From Vicugna vicugna (taxonomy: Eukaryota): 64,000 nucleotides of DNA. The stretch is from assembly GCA_013265495.1 (NCBI GenBank), contig MU060965.1, positions 248,001 through 312,000 on the forward strand, given 5' to 3'. Below the pieces are notes generated by a model. It ran no database searches, had not been told where the DNA came from, and saw only the letters and a list, made by a program, of their open reading frames with translations. This document shows, one piece after another, positions 25,191-37,987 of the stretch. A program made the position numbers and the translations under genes. The first letter of the stretch is position 1, and each line of letters starts with the position of its first letter.

Positions 25191-26341
25191 GAACGTCCAC
25201 AGCAAGCTGGGCCGTCCTGGGTGTCACGGACACCCGTCAGCAGAGCCCAGCGGGAGTGGCGCCCACATCGCTCTCCAGCCCATCCAGTACCCAGACTGTC
25301 CACTCCCAGCATGAGGACACTCTGGCCAGTTTTCACAGGGCCCGCTGCCTTCCCAGGCCCAAACGACTGTCACTGAGGCCTGGTGACCCTGTGGGACAGT
25401 GGGGTAGAGGGCTCCTCGGCCCGGATCTGGGGCAGACGGCTCCCCTGTGTGGCTGTGGCTCCTGTGATGACCGCTTCCCAAGCAGGAGCCCTGACGGGGT
25501 AGATGCTGGCGCGACTTGCGGCCTCGGGAGCTGCGTGCACCGCGTCTGCCGCCTCCTGTGGGCTGGAGCAGGCCGCCAGCTCAGAGCTGGGTTCAGAGGG
25601 ACGAGAAACGGACCCTGTCCCCAGAGGAGAATGGTGGCCGTCTCCAGCCACCCAGGACACCAGCTGGCGGGCACTTCCCACCTGGCCCCACCGCCTGGCG
25701 TCTGTGCTGCTCCCCCGGCTGGGGGACAGTTCAGACCAAGCTCACAGCCCTGGTCTGCGCTCACCCCTCCACGACGGCCTCACTCGGGCGGGGCCGCTCT
25801 CCCTTCCCAGACCCCGGGCCGCTGCCCGCTTTGTGTGCGATGTGTGCTGGGTGCACCTTCCCTTGGAAGTGCCCCCGTCCCGCCTGTACCTCCTCCCAGC
25901 AGCACCGGAGGGGCGGCTCCCGTGAGGAGGAAGCTGTCCATCCAGGGTCTCGTGGGGCAGAGGTGCAGGGTCAGGGGCAGCTGGGGTCATGTGCGATGTC
26001 TAAGTGCCGGGCGCATTGTGGAGGGGCATGGAGACCACGTCCACAACCACAGGAGGGACGCAGGGCGCCAGCTCTCTGTGCAGTGCGGTCTCCGCTGCGG
26101 GAAGTGCAAGAAGAGGGTCTGGGAGGAGCGTGCTGCCCTGCCCTGTGGTGGCAGAACAACAGGTGTTTGTTTCACTCATCTCACATCTTTCCAGGTCCGA
26201 CCCTCAACAGCACACAGTTCTCCCCTAATAACAACACGGAGAGGGAGTTACTTGGTGCTCCTGGAAAGTGACTGTTCTGCTGAGACCTGGGAGCTTCCCC
26301 TCCCGGCCGCCAAGCTAAGTGGCGCCTTTCTCTCTCCCCAG

Positions 26342-26456
26342 GCGGGCGGGGGCAGGACGGCAGCCCCGTCATCACCTTCCCCGACTACCCAGCCTTCGGT
26401 GAGGTCCCGGACAAGGAGTTCCAGAATGTCATGACCTACCTCACCAGCATCCCCAG
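26342..26456 (+). CDS. MCF2L: Exon 3 GGRGQDGSPVITFPDYPAFGEVPDKEFQNVMTYLTSIP (Sec14)
   Basis: ctccccag|GC...CAG|gtgcgt, 115 nt, phase 1/2. Confidence 0.96.
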
Positions 26457-29400
26457 GTGCGTGTTTTGTCGCAAGCAGAACCAGACCCTGCCCTCCAGAA
26501 AGGTGGGGAGCGCTTCTCTGAGCCCACTGGCCACAGCGGGCAGCATGGCATCCTGGAGCCAGGGGGCGAGGAGTGGACACCAGGCAGCCCCAGTGTCGTC
26601 CCTGGTCTCCCTCTCGGAAGTGGTGCGGCTGCAGCTGCCTCGTTAGGGCGCCGCGGACAGCCACGTGGTGCCCGGGGTGGGGACGGACCGGCCGCAGCGG
26701 GAGGCTCTGCCCAGGAGCCGTCAGTTCTCTCCCTCTGGGTTTCAGGGGCTGGTAATAGAGCTCCATGAATTAGGCTAATCTGGGAGACTGACCTAAACGG
26801 TAGGTCTGACCACCCGACGACGCCCGTCGTACGGGAACTGCTGGTCAGCAGTGGTCGGTCTCCACTAGTCAGGGCCGGGGCCTGCGAGGGGGCATAGGTT
26901 CTTGCAGAAACCTGTGGGTGGGGAGGTTAAGCTAGGGGAGCCGTCTGGACGGACTTGGGCAGAGGTCACCTGGCAGAGAAAGCTGGGGGACGTGCAGCCC
27001 AGGGACGGAGGATGTGCGCCTCCGTCTCCATGTTTCTCGGTACCCGACTCGCTGGGCCGGGCTCCGGGCGGCAGCGCTGAGGTGAGAGGGGTGCTCAGTG
27101 TTCTGGGGGCACGTGGCCTTCCTTCAGGGCCCCTTGGGCTGGCCCAGCCCCCTCGAGGGGCTTCATGGGGGCCCTGTTGTACTGCAAAGCGTCTTTGTTT
27201 ATTTTTTCCCTGGCCCTTGAAGTCACAGCCAGGAAGGCAGGTGTCACCGCTGGTCAAGGACGAAGCCCTAGGCCCCGGGGGACATCGCTGAAGTAGGATC
27301 AGGGGTCTGGAGAGGGACACTCCCCCATGGAGTGTCACCGCAGGGTGTCCTTGGGGTGGGGATGGTGGGTCCAGCTCTTGGCAAGCCCAGCAATGGGATG
27401 CAGAAAAGCCGCACGGCCCCTGGGGTGGGGACACCTGGGTCAGACCAGCAAGAGGAAGGAGCTGCTCTCAGCACTGGTTTGGGGAGTCTGGTGATTTCAC
27501 AAGAAGATGGGGTGTCTGTTGGCAGCTGACTGTGGGTGCCTGGGCAGCCGCACTGGTCCTCTGCAGGGCGGGCCTCTGGCCAGCTCCCCATGCTCCCTTC
27601 TGTAACGTCTCCCCGGGCATCCCTCGTCCCTCTGCAGCCCTCCTCCCACCGTGGCTGTCCTGCCCCTCAACTTCTCCCGCGGCACGGGCCTGTCCCAAGC
27701 CGGGCAGAGGAGCTCCCAGCTAGGACCTGTGTGGGCGCTGTCCACGGTCTGAGGCCGTGGTCTCGGTCCTACCCCTGTGGGCTGTGAGCGGGGCGGCCCT
27801 GCCCATCCTCACAGCAGAACACTGCGTGGAGCCCCTCGACCACCTGCTCCTCTTTCCTGACCCGTAAGTGGGTAGAATCAGAGAACTCAGAAGCAGAGAA
27901 TGTGCAGGCCAGAGGGCTCCGCGCTTGCAGAGAGGTCTGGACTGTCCCGTGGCCTCCTCACTGCCCACCTCCTTTCTCTGTCCCTACGATCCAAAGTCCT
28001 GCAGATTAAAACTCACCTCGAACCAGCTCTGTAGCTGGAGTCGTGGTTCCCCAGCCCCGGCCGAGGTGCTGGCTGGCCCGGACTCAGTGTCCAGAGGGTG
28101 GCCTTGCTATGGTGACCACTCGGTGTCAGCTAAACAACAGGCTGTGGCCGGGGGGTGGTGAGTGGTCTCCCACTGCCCACCTGGAACAGTTCAGCACGGT
28201 GAACCCTCGCCTGCCTGTGCATGGAAACACGGGGTTTCAGGTCACTCTTAGTTTTGGAAAGGTCAAAGAGTCATTTTCTACCCAGCAGACCCAACACCCA
28301 TCTCAGAGGCCGGCCTTTTCCCAGGCACTACAGGCCAATCTTAGACCTTACCCTCCCCTGGGTCACCACCTTTGCTGCACCTGCTGGTCCTCAGGCCTCC
28401 TGGCCTCAGGGCCTTTGCACTTGCTTCCTCCGCCCAGGGCACTGGAGACGGCTCCTTCCCAGGCTGCAGGCCACCTCCTTTGGGATGCCCTCTGTCCTGC
28501 ACACCTAGGAAAGAAGCCGGCTTCACGAGGCTCACCTGGAGTGTCACCTGTAACCTGACAGTCCGGTGCCGGTCTCTGTCTCCCCTGCACAGGGGCCCGG
28601 AGAGCAGCACGTGGCTCCTCCGCAAACATGTGCTGGCAGGTGGGCTTCACCTGCAGAGAGCAGAGGAAGCCCAGGGCGCCACCTGCCTGACAGGCAGGGC
28701 TGCCTCTGCGCCCTCGCTCCAGCGCGCTCACCTGCCCTTCAGGCGGGACGAGCACCTCTGTTTCTTCTGTTTTTAAGGGGTTCTTGCCTCAGTAGGTCGG
28801 GCCTCTCCGGACCCTCGCGTCCAAGGTCGCAGGCACGGTCCACGCACAAGCCCCAAGGGCAAGAAGCACGTTTCCCTCTGAAGCGGAGGAATGGCGGAAT
28901 GGCGGCGCTTCGCTTCCGCGTGGTGGGGCAGCAGTGCTGCGACGGGGCCCCGGGGCGGTTTGACCACGCGCAGCCCAGCCCCGCGGGCTCCGTCTCCAGG
29001 CGCCGTGTGTGTGGCGCTGGTCGGTGTGACTCTGCTCACGTGTCTCCCTCCCGGTGGAGTGTGCGGCAGGGCCCTTTCATCCGGAGTGAATCTCCCGCGT
29101 GGGAGCCCAGCCCCGTGCTTCGCGGGCACTGCAAGGAGGACTGTCGAGGGGAGGGGCCCCGGCCCGATGTGCCTGCGGGACTGCGAGCCCTGGGCCCCAG
29201 CGGCTGTCGGCAGCTGTGGGCTCCTTCCTCGGGGGCGGGGGGGGGAAGGAGTGGGGGGTCCTACGGAGACAGAGCTTACCCCGCAGTTGTTTCCAGACCA
29301 CTCAGGGCACACGAGAAAGTATGGGTGTCGGGGGTACAGCAGGGGCCTGGGTGCCGCCCCCGGAGGACTCCCATGTGTGGGGGCAGGCCCCCCTCCTGCG

Positions 29401-30439
29401 GGAACCTGGGGCGCCCTGTGCTCGCTGTGTTCGGGAGGGAGGGGCTGCCACCTGGTGGACGCGGTCGGCAGCGCAGGCCCCTCCGGCCTTCCTCCTCGAT
29501 GGCAGGAGGGGGAGGTGGGCGGGTGCTTCTCGAGAAGGGGCAACTCCCCACACCGGCTGGTCACCCCGCACAGTGAATGCACCAGCACAGCCTCGAAGTG
29601 GAGGATGAGATCTAGGACCGCGTGCGCTTTAAACGGAGACACAAGTTAAGTGGACGGACCTCTCGTGGAGGCCGCTTCCAGGACACTGACCTTAGAGCCG
29701 CTGACGAAGCTTCGTTGGTCCTTTAGAAACACCCCCTGGCTTTGCTTCAGTCATTGTGTGCGGGCGATGGGTCACTGGGTTAAGCCATTACATCTGGTTG
29801 ACAGTCACCGGCCCTCGTGAAACGTCAGGCTGACGGCTGACGGGCAGGCCTCGTCCTGATGCAGCAGATGGTTGTGAGTGTGCAGTGGTCGTGGGTCTTT
29901 TGGAAGACGCCCCGTGGGGGAAGCTGGACGGACCAGTTCATCAGCCAGGGTGTCGGCCGGCAGCGCCCCCGCAGTGGCCACACAGGGCGGGGGGGCGCCT
30001 CTGAGCCCATCTTGGCTGGGGGCTGGTTCCACTGCCCGGGCGCCCACAGCTCTTGCAGCTCCTGATGGGTCGCGACCGTCTGCAGGCCGGTGGGGACAAC
30101 TCCAGGGACTTGTGGCCAGCCTGCCTCCCTGCAGAGCTCATGCGACAGGAGGGGAGTGCGGGGGCGGGTGAGATGTGGCCGGATCTGGACACCCCTGGGA
30201 CCTGGCGGCGACGAAACAGAGAGAACCCTGCTGCGCGTGAACAGGAGGATCGGCAGCAGACGCCGAGGGTTCCAGAAGGTGCTCCGCGTGCGTCTCACTC
30301 CCCAGGTGGTGCTGTGTCTCCGTGCCCTTGGGGAGGGGCAGGTCACTCCGCGATTACAGAGGAGTGGCCAGCAGTGTGCACGTGTGTGTCTTTTTGTGTG
30401 TGCATTTAAGGGAGCCGTGTGGGTGGTGGGGGTTTTCAG

Positions 30440-30900
30440 TATAATTTTTCTAGTTGCGGAGAAACACATGTAACACGCAGCAACCTGCCGTCCTGACCGT
30501 TTCTAAGTGTGCAGTTCAGTGGTGTTGCCCGAGCGCACGCTGGTGTGCGGCAGACCCCCGGAATCTGTCGTCTTGTGGAGCTGAAACTCTGTCCGAGTTA
30601 CACACTCCCTCCCTGCTCCCCGTCCGACCCCTGCGCCCACCGCCTACTTTCCGTCTCTGAATCTGACGACGCCGGGACCTCACACGAGTGGGGTCACACA
30701 GAAGTCGTCGTTTCATGTCTGGCTTGGTCCTCAAGCGTGACGTCCTCAAGGTCCATCCGTGTTGCAGCGTGTTGACATGGGGTAGACTCCATCACGTGCG
30801 TGGACCACGCTGTGCTCGTCCGTCATGTTGGAGGAAGCTGTGCTCCTGAGCTGGGTGGAAATCGGTCTTTGAAAACCAGGTGCGCTTTCCTTCCCGCCGT
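30440..30900 (-). mobile_element. L1M (L1MB-like) 3' UTR fragment
   Basis: ttctaagtgtgcagttcagtgg...ctgaaactctgt...ctactttccgtctctgaatctgac...tcctcaaggtccatccgtgttgcagc is colinear with the recalled antisense L1MB 3' end. Confidence 0.75.
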
Positions 30901-33019
30901 GAGACAGACCTCGGCACTGTCTGCGGACGGACCTCCCCCCTGGCGTGCGTCCGCTCAGACGAGTCCTGGGTACGTCCGTGTTGGTGCTGACGCGGGAAGA
31001 AACAACAACATAAAGAGTGAAAGGCGCATGTTCTCGGGCTCTGGAGACAGTGCCGTGCTTCTGTGGGGAGTGGGCTGTTCCCCGGGGCTCCCTGGCCGGT
31101 GCCCTCGCCACCCTGACGGGGCCGACGGGGCCGTGAGAACAGACACGTACTGTCGCCCCGGGCGGGAGAGTTTTGTAGAAAGAGTTGGACGGTGGGGGAG
31201 GGGACCGCTCAGCGGTGGAGCGCGCGCTCAGCACACGCGAGGCCCTGGGCTCGCTCCTCAGCCCCTCCTCTAAAAAAGCAGATAAGCAAATGACCCTGGT
31301 TACCACCCCCCAATACAAAGGTGGATGTTTTTCTAGCCGCTATGCTTTCTGCCCGGTGGGCGCTCAACCAGCGGGCCAGTTTCTGGGCTGCAGGCTGTGG
31401 GTCACGGACCTCGGGACAGTGGCCCCCGGGGGTTCTGGGCAGCAGCAGGCCAGCAGGGGCCACCAGGTCTGGTGTGACCGAGGGCTCCCCCGGGCGGGCA
31501 GGGCAGGGGCGACTCGGTGGTCGGGTGCTTCCCTGACCCCAGGCCAGGCCCTTCGCGGGGTCTCTCTCTGCTCTAAGCTCTTGCAGGCACTGGGGTCGTG
31601 ATTCCCCATTTTAACAAAGGCAGGGAGGAGCGCAGGGCTCCTCTCTTACTGGGGTGCACCGTGCCCTCTTCCTGAGAAGTGCCCCGCCGCGGCCGCAGGA
31701 GGCGTCAGAGCTCACGGGGCTGATGGAAACCACGGGGTCACACCGCGGGGGGCTCGCCACTGCCCCTCCTTCCGGCCCCCACTTCCCTCCTGACCCCACC
31801 CAGGCGGAGGTCCAGCATCCACCCCAGGGGTCCGGACCTCCTTCCAGGATCTTCCTCTGGGGCAGAAGCTCGGACGTGCTGACGTGGGGTCTGATCATGG
31901 AAAGTCCCCAGGGCTTGTCCGTGGGACCTGCCTTAGATCTGGGAGCCGCTGGAAATGCACCCCCTGAAATGCACCCCCTGCACCCGGGTCTGCGTTTAAC
32001 AAACCTCGGAAGTCCCGGGTGCGCCGCTGTTGGGGATGCACTCGGGTGGGTTGGCCCCACCGCCCTCCCCTCTGTCGTCCCGGCATCTCTGTGTCTCCAC
32101 CCGTCTCTGCTCCAAGTTGTGTCAGGTCCGAGAACAGTTGCATCTGGGCCAAGAGCTGGACAGTGTGATGCCCGGGACGGCTGGCCTCGCAGCGGGGAAC
32201 TGCCCAGCCCTTGTCTCCTGACTCCTCACGCTGCTCCTGCCCGGATGGGGGGCGGGGGATGATGGGGGTCGGACCCCAGGCCACCGAGGGCCACCCCGGA
32301 GAAGTTCGCAGGCCCCGGTGTTAGAGGGGCACAGCGGACCCAAGGACACAAGAACCGGAAGTTGTGCGAGCTCCACGCCATTTGTGAGTTGGAGCCAAAA
32401 GTGAGCTCATCACCCTCCCAGCTGCTGGGCAGCTGTCCAGGGCGGCCCCGCTGAGCCAGCTGCCAGGAGGCTGGAGGCCGGCATCTGTGTCCGCAGGGCC
32501 ACGTGTGTCTGGGGTCCTGGGAGCACCTCCCTGTGCGGCTGCGGCTTCCAGGCCACTCCCTCCAGCTTCCTCTGCGGCCACCGCCGTCAGCACCGTCAGC
32601 CCGAGGCCTGGCGCTCGAGGGCCCTGGGGGCTGACCTCTGGTGCCTCTGAGCGGGGGCTGCCCGCCCTCTCCCCGGGCACGTGAGGTCACAGATGCGGGG
32701 CGGGTGTGGTGGAGGGTGAGTGGCCGGACCCCCGGACTGCAGGGCCCTGGCTCCTGGGGGCCTTGCTCTGGGCGCAGGGGGCGTGAAGGGCCCCTACATC
32801 CCCACGTGAGGTGCGTTCTGTGACGTCTCTGTGCCTCTGAGTCAGTGTTCCCCAAGTGTGGTGGGAATGAGAGGGCCCCAGCCGGGTCCAGGCATGTGGC
32901 CTCTTTGCTGTGTGTTCCTGGGGCCAGGTCCCCTGAGAGGAAAGGCCTGCCTGGCCTGACGCAGGAGGCAGCCCAGGGGTCGGGAGGAGGAAGGGGCTAC
33001 TTTATCCTGCAGAGTGAGC

Positions 33020-33170
33020 CTGGGGTCTGGACTCAGAGCCAGACCGTGGGGCTCACTTGTCAGTGCTCAGCAGCTGTGTGACTCTGGGCAAATGACTTAA
33101 CCTCTCTGTGCCCCAGCCCCTCCACTCCGGGCTGATGAGAGAGCAGTGCCTATCTCTTGGGTCGTTGCGA
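33020..33170 (+). mobile_element. MIR SINE fragment
   Basis: agctgtgtgactctgggcaaatgacttaacctctctgtgcc is a near-consensus MIR core. Confidence 0.8.
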
Positions 33171-34816
33171 GAAGACTGGCCCCGAGCTTCAGTGCGACGC
33201 CTGCCCGTAGGACCCCTCCCAGCAGGAGAGAAGGGGGCCGGGCTGGGCTTCCCCCCTTCCCTGGCGCTGTGCGGGTGCCGGGCACCTGCCGGGCAGCAAC
33301 ACGACCGCAGAGCTGGGCCGTGTGTTCCCACAACGGGCCCGTGAGCTGCCTGCCCTGGCGTCCGTCCTCGCTGCGCAGCCTGCCTTCTGGGACGTGTTTT
33401 TGCGGGTCCAGTGGATTTCTTATATTTCGCTCGTGATTTTGATTCTAAAAGATTCTGCTGTCGGTGACTTTGCCTCCTCACGAGCTTGCCCTGGTCCTCC
33501 CACTGGTTGAAACATGAGCCTTTTGTGTTACGGAACTTTTACCGCGTGGTGTTCAAAAGTGCAGAGCGAGATAAAGAGCCAAGGACACCAGTTACGGGGG
33601 GCAGGGAGGTGGCATAGGCCATGAGGTGACTCAGGTGACGGGGCTGGGGGCCCTGGGCCATCCCACCATGTGCAGCCCGGCTGCCCGCCCTGCTTGTGCC
33701 CGAGTTCTGCGCACAGGACACGCGCTGAGGGCAGCAGGGGCTGCCCAGCTCCATGGCAAAAACTGGGTACATTTGGGCAACAGAGGAACCTATTTTGGGG
33801 TCAGAACAGGTGTGCCATCCCAAGGCCTCCTGTGGAGTAGCAGGGACAACAGAGTCGGGGGTCCCGGACCAGGTGACTCTGAGCAGGGGGGGTCCTGCAC
33901 TGCCCAACGTGCAGAAGGGCTCAGCACACACCCAGGGGCGACTTGGTGTGTCGCCGTCATTTCTCAGAGAGTCAGGATTTGGGACATCCTGGCTCAGGCC
34001 TTGTCGCACAGCGTTGACCTCAGGCTGAGCACGTCCACGGGGTCACTTGTACGTGATCCGGGTATTTCTGGTCCTTATTTGAACCCTGAGGTGGCTCCCA
34101 GGCGTGAGAAGGAATAGTTCAAGTCAGCGCCCCAGGCCTGCGCCCCCCTTCGTGTCCACGTGGATGGGCGGGCGCGCGCTGGCACCCGCAGCCGGCTGGA
34201 GGCGGCGTCACCCTGCGGAAGTGGCTCCTGGTTTCCACACTGTGACTCAGGCGCCTGCGTTAGGCTGTCACTCCCAGCGCTCAGATGCTGCTGTGCCAGT
34301 AGCCACATCTCATCTCTCGTCCCCAGCAGCTGCCTGTGCACCTCCGGGCGCCTCGGGGATTTTCTCCCCACGTTGTGGCAGTGCCGTCAGCGATTTGTAA
34401 CATGGACGAACTCGGGACCTCAGACGCTGGGACTAGCGTGATGCGTGGGTCATAGAACTTACTGTGAAGGGGTCAGCCTGCTGGCCCACATGGAAGGGAA
34501 AATGACCCGGCTCTGACCGGGACAAACTGGACTCCAGAAAGATGGGCCCTGCCCGGCTCTCTGCGGCGTGAGCTGGCTGGTGTCAGGCTGGGAGACACAC
34601 AGATGGGATCTGTCTGTCTCGGTCGGAGCGAGCTCTGGAAAGTGCCTGGCGGGGCCCTGGAAGGGCTGTGGTCTGCTCAGATGCCCACTCGGCACGTGTC
34701 TTCTCTCGCAGTGTGGAGTGGCAGGAGGGTGACAGGAGGAGCCGGTTTATTCTGAGGTTGCCGGGAAAGTCTGTCTGCCAGCTGCGCCCACTGACCGCAG
34801 CTCCCCCTCGTTTCAG

Positions 34817-34907
34817 CCTGCAGGATGCCGGCATTGGGTTCATCCTGGTCATAGACCGGAGGCAGGACAAATGGACCTCAGTGAAGGCATCGGTCCTGAG
34901 AATCGCG
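34817..34907 (+). CDS. MCF2L: Exon 4 SLQDAGIGFILVIDRRQDKWTSVKASVLRIA (Sec14)
   Basis: tttcag|C...GCG|gtaagt, 91 nt, phase 2/0. Confidence 0.96.
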
Positions 34908-35139
34908 GTAAGTGTTGGAGCCCGGGCCTGCGACCGCCCCACCTTCTCTCCTCCCAGGCGGGTAGCACAGCCTCTCCCTTCTAGACACCCTTCTGCCTGG
35001 TGGCACTGTGGGCTCTGGCCCTTGCTGTCCGGTGGGACACAGAGCCATGGTGGGCGGTCAGCTCGGGACACCAGCCCAGTGCAGGAGCAGGGGCGCCTGG
35101 GAGCCCACACCTCCCTGAGCTCCTCGAGTTGCTGGGACA

Positions 35140-35265
35140 CATGTGTATGTGTGCGCACACACATGCTCATGTGGGTATGTGCACGTGTGTGTATACAGCG
35201 TGCCCTGTGGGTGGGTGCGCTGTGTGTATCCATGCACGTCCGTGTGTGTGCACACATGCCTGTAT
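35140..35265. repeat. Degenerate (TG/CA)-rich alternating purine-pyrimidine tract
   Basis: gtgtatgtgtgcgcacacacatgc...gtgtgtgtgcacacatgc. Confidence 0.6.
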
Positions 35266-37530
35266 GTTCTCTCGCGGGGCAGCCCTCAGGGGCCCTGTTA
35301 TGATTTAAAGACAGTCTCACCAGCTGCCGTGTTTCTGGCGTGGAGGTCACGAGACACTCAGGACTCACCGGGCACTCATTCCTCTGCGGGACCTAGAAGC
35401 GTTACAGGGACTTTTCGGGCTAGAGGTTTGGAATTACACTGACGTTTTCTAAGCGACGTTCTCCTCAGATGGGCTGTTTAGTCTTTGGTTCTCTGGCCGC
35501 CACCTCGGTGGCCCTCGTTACCACGGAAGCCACCCTCGCGTGGTGGAGGTGGTTTGCAGGCTGTGTGCCAGGGCTGGGCGGGGCTGTGTCCAGCGGTGAT
35601 AACTGAGCGGGGGTGACGTCAGCAGAAAGCCCTGGGCTTATTTTCATCGGCAGCGTCCACTCCCGGCTCCCAAGCTGCCCGTGGAGCGCTCGTCACCAGC
35701 CTGCGTTTCGCCCACGCAGCCTCCTCACGGCCAGAGGACCAGAAAGTCCGCCTGTCCGGGCGAGGGTGCCCAGGGTCCTTGCTGGTGACTCCGTCGCTCC
35801 CATCCCCATGGACTGGACTCCCCCAGCCTCTGTTCGTTCTTGCCCCCTGGGCTCCAAGAGGCTCCTGCCCCTTGTCCAGGGCTGCAGGTGGGGCGGGTGA
35901 GCGGACTCCCTCCTGGCGGCCTCATTGTTCCATCTAACAACTCAGTGTCTGCTCCAATCTTACAGGTGCAAACCCACCGGGGGCTGCTGGCCCCACCTTT
36001 GTCCTTCTGGCAAAGCGTCTCCCTCACGGCCCGGGGCGGCTCCGGTTCCCTGTGCCCACCGGGCACACACTCCCTACGTCACCGTCAATCTGAGACAAAT
36101 CAAAACACTTCGGAACGTTTCAAAAGAAGTATATTATACAGGATATGTGTTACATCGTCAGCTTTTCTTTGTTTTTAAATCCTTAGAAACATACAGAGTG
36201 CTTTGACATGCCATCACCAGTTAATAGCCAGTGTGTTTCTTTCTTTTTTTTTTAATTTTAAAACAAATGTGCACATGATGTCCCATGAAAGGCTGAATTA
36301 AGAATTAAATTGTAAGAACCACTGGGTCAGTTGCATGATGCACTGACAACAAACATTTCTTGAATCAGTACGTTAGTCCTGGACTGGATGCCGAGAAATT
36401 TCCAGTCAAGTCTGTTGTTGCTTTAGAAGGTAACACTGTTAAAATAACCACATTTTTCAAATCCAGTGATCTGCCCCGTTCTTTCACGTTTATCCGTCAC
36501 TGACTCGGGCACGTCCCGCTGTGCACGGGTGTACGAGCCCCTTTGCCCTGACGGTCGCAGACGTTCCTCGTGGGGCCCAGGCCTCTCGTCCTCACCGGCA
36601 GGTGCTTCTGTGCTGGTCTGCACACGCGCTGCCCCACAGCCCTGCGCCCCAGTCCCCGCTCAGCCCCCCTTCCTGGAAGTGTGTCGTCGTTGTTTGTGCA
36701 CGGGGGTCCCCGGCAGCCAGGGCCAGCCCCGTCCGTCTTCTCGTGGCTGGCACCCAGCCCAGGCCCCATGTGAGACGGGCACCATCAGCGTCCCTCAAGC
36801 TAATCAGTCATTCCTGGTCAGGCAACCAGACCGCCTCCGAAGGCAGGAGTGCTTTTCAAGGAACAGATACACTGCCTAAAACCGGAATAGTCCTTGAGGC
36901 CACTCGTAGGACGGCAGGGCGGCCCAGGGCAGACCCGGGCCGGGCCGCGACCACCCGTGGCCTTGCGTCAGCATGGTTTTATGCTTCGGGTTTATCGCCA
37001 GATGAATTTCTGAAGCGAGCTGGCTCATCTTTAAAACTCTGTTTTGTGAAAATCATAACTGAAAAGTTAGAGTTTTCATTGATTCTTACACAATGAAAAT
37101 ACAGATTTTTTTTCCTATCGTTTTTTCTGTAAGTCTTAGGGTTCCCCACTACTGCTTTGGAAATCCTAGCGGTTAGCAGTTTTCCAGCAGAATTGGCAAA
37201 AATTCTCCTTGAAAACCCCAGGGCGTTTTGTTACAAGAATTTACTGATTATATTACTGCCAGAAATTCTACTCACATATTCAGCACGTTTGTTGAGGCCC
37301 TACTGTGTGCCCTGGAGGGGGTGCAAGGGGATAAGCAGGAGCTACTAAGACAAGTGGGGTGCAGACGGCTGGCATTTGATGAGGTTGTGACCAGATGCCG
37401 GACGAACTCTCAGGGGCACCTGAGACAGGGTGGTAGGGATGCTGGGAGCCCGGCCCTGCTGCCTCCTGCGTGTGCGTGTGCCCCTCTGAGCCAGCATGTG
37501 GGATCTGATCTCCACCCTGGCTCTGCGGTG

Positions 37531-37987
37531 GTGGGGACAGAGCTGCCACCTCGTCCGCAGGCAGGGGAGCTGGGGGACAGAGCTGCCACCTCGTCCGTGG
37601 GCAGGGGAGCTGGGGGACAGAGCTGCCACCTCGTCCGTGGGCAGGGGAGCTGGGGGACAGAGCTGCCACCTCGTCCGCAGGCAGGGGAGCTGGGGGACAG
37701 AGCTGCCACCTCGTCCGTGGGCAGGGGAGCTGGGGGACAGAGCTGCCACCTTGTCCGTGGGCAGGGGAGCTGGGGGACAGAGCTGCCACCTCGTCCGTGG
37801 GCAGGGGAGCTGGGGGACAGAGCTGCCACCTCGTCCGGGGGCAGGGGAGCTGGGGGACAGAGCTGCCACCTCGTCCGCGGGCAGGGGAGCTGGGGGACAG
37901 AGCTGCCACCTCGTCCGTGGGCAGGGGAGCTGGGGGACAGAGCTGCCACCTCGTCCAGGGGCAGGGGAGCTGGGGGACGGAGCTGGC
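37531..37987. repeat. 40-bp minisatellite (gcaggggagctgggggacagagctgccacctcgtccgtgg), about 11.4 copies
   Basis: Exact 40-nt period from 37561 to 37961, with variation mostly in the last few bases of each unit. Confidence 0.97.

Noticed and set aside
25256-26434. 392-aa ORF as a separate gene
   Set aside because: It is low-complexity Pro/Gly/Arg/Ala text expected at this GC content, and it overlaps exon 3 in a different frame.
27733-27753. Near-RE1/NRSE site (ggcgctgtccacggtctgag)
   Set aside because: One half-site matches, but the other has a 1-nt deletion from GGTGCTGAA. That is too weak without REST ChIP data.
28566-29649. Overlapping 250-340 aa ORFs on both strands
   Set aside because: There is no recognisable domain or splice structure, and stop codons are scarce in GC-rich DNA.
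37270-37340. Possible L2 3' fragment (ttcagcacgtttgttgaggccctactgtgtgcc)
   Set aside because: The match is too short and diverged to call by eye.
37531-37987. Regular 40-bp repeat as a CRISPR array
   Set aside because: The units are contiguous with no unique spacers and no cas genes, and the DNA is a mammalian intron.
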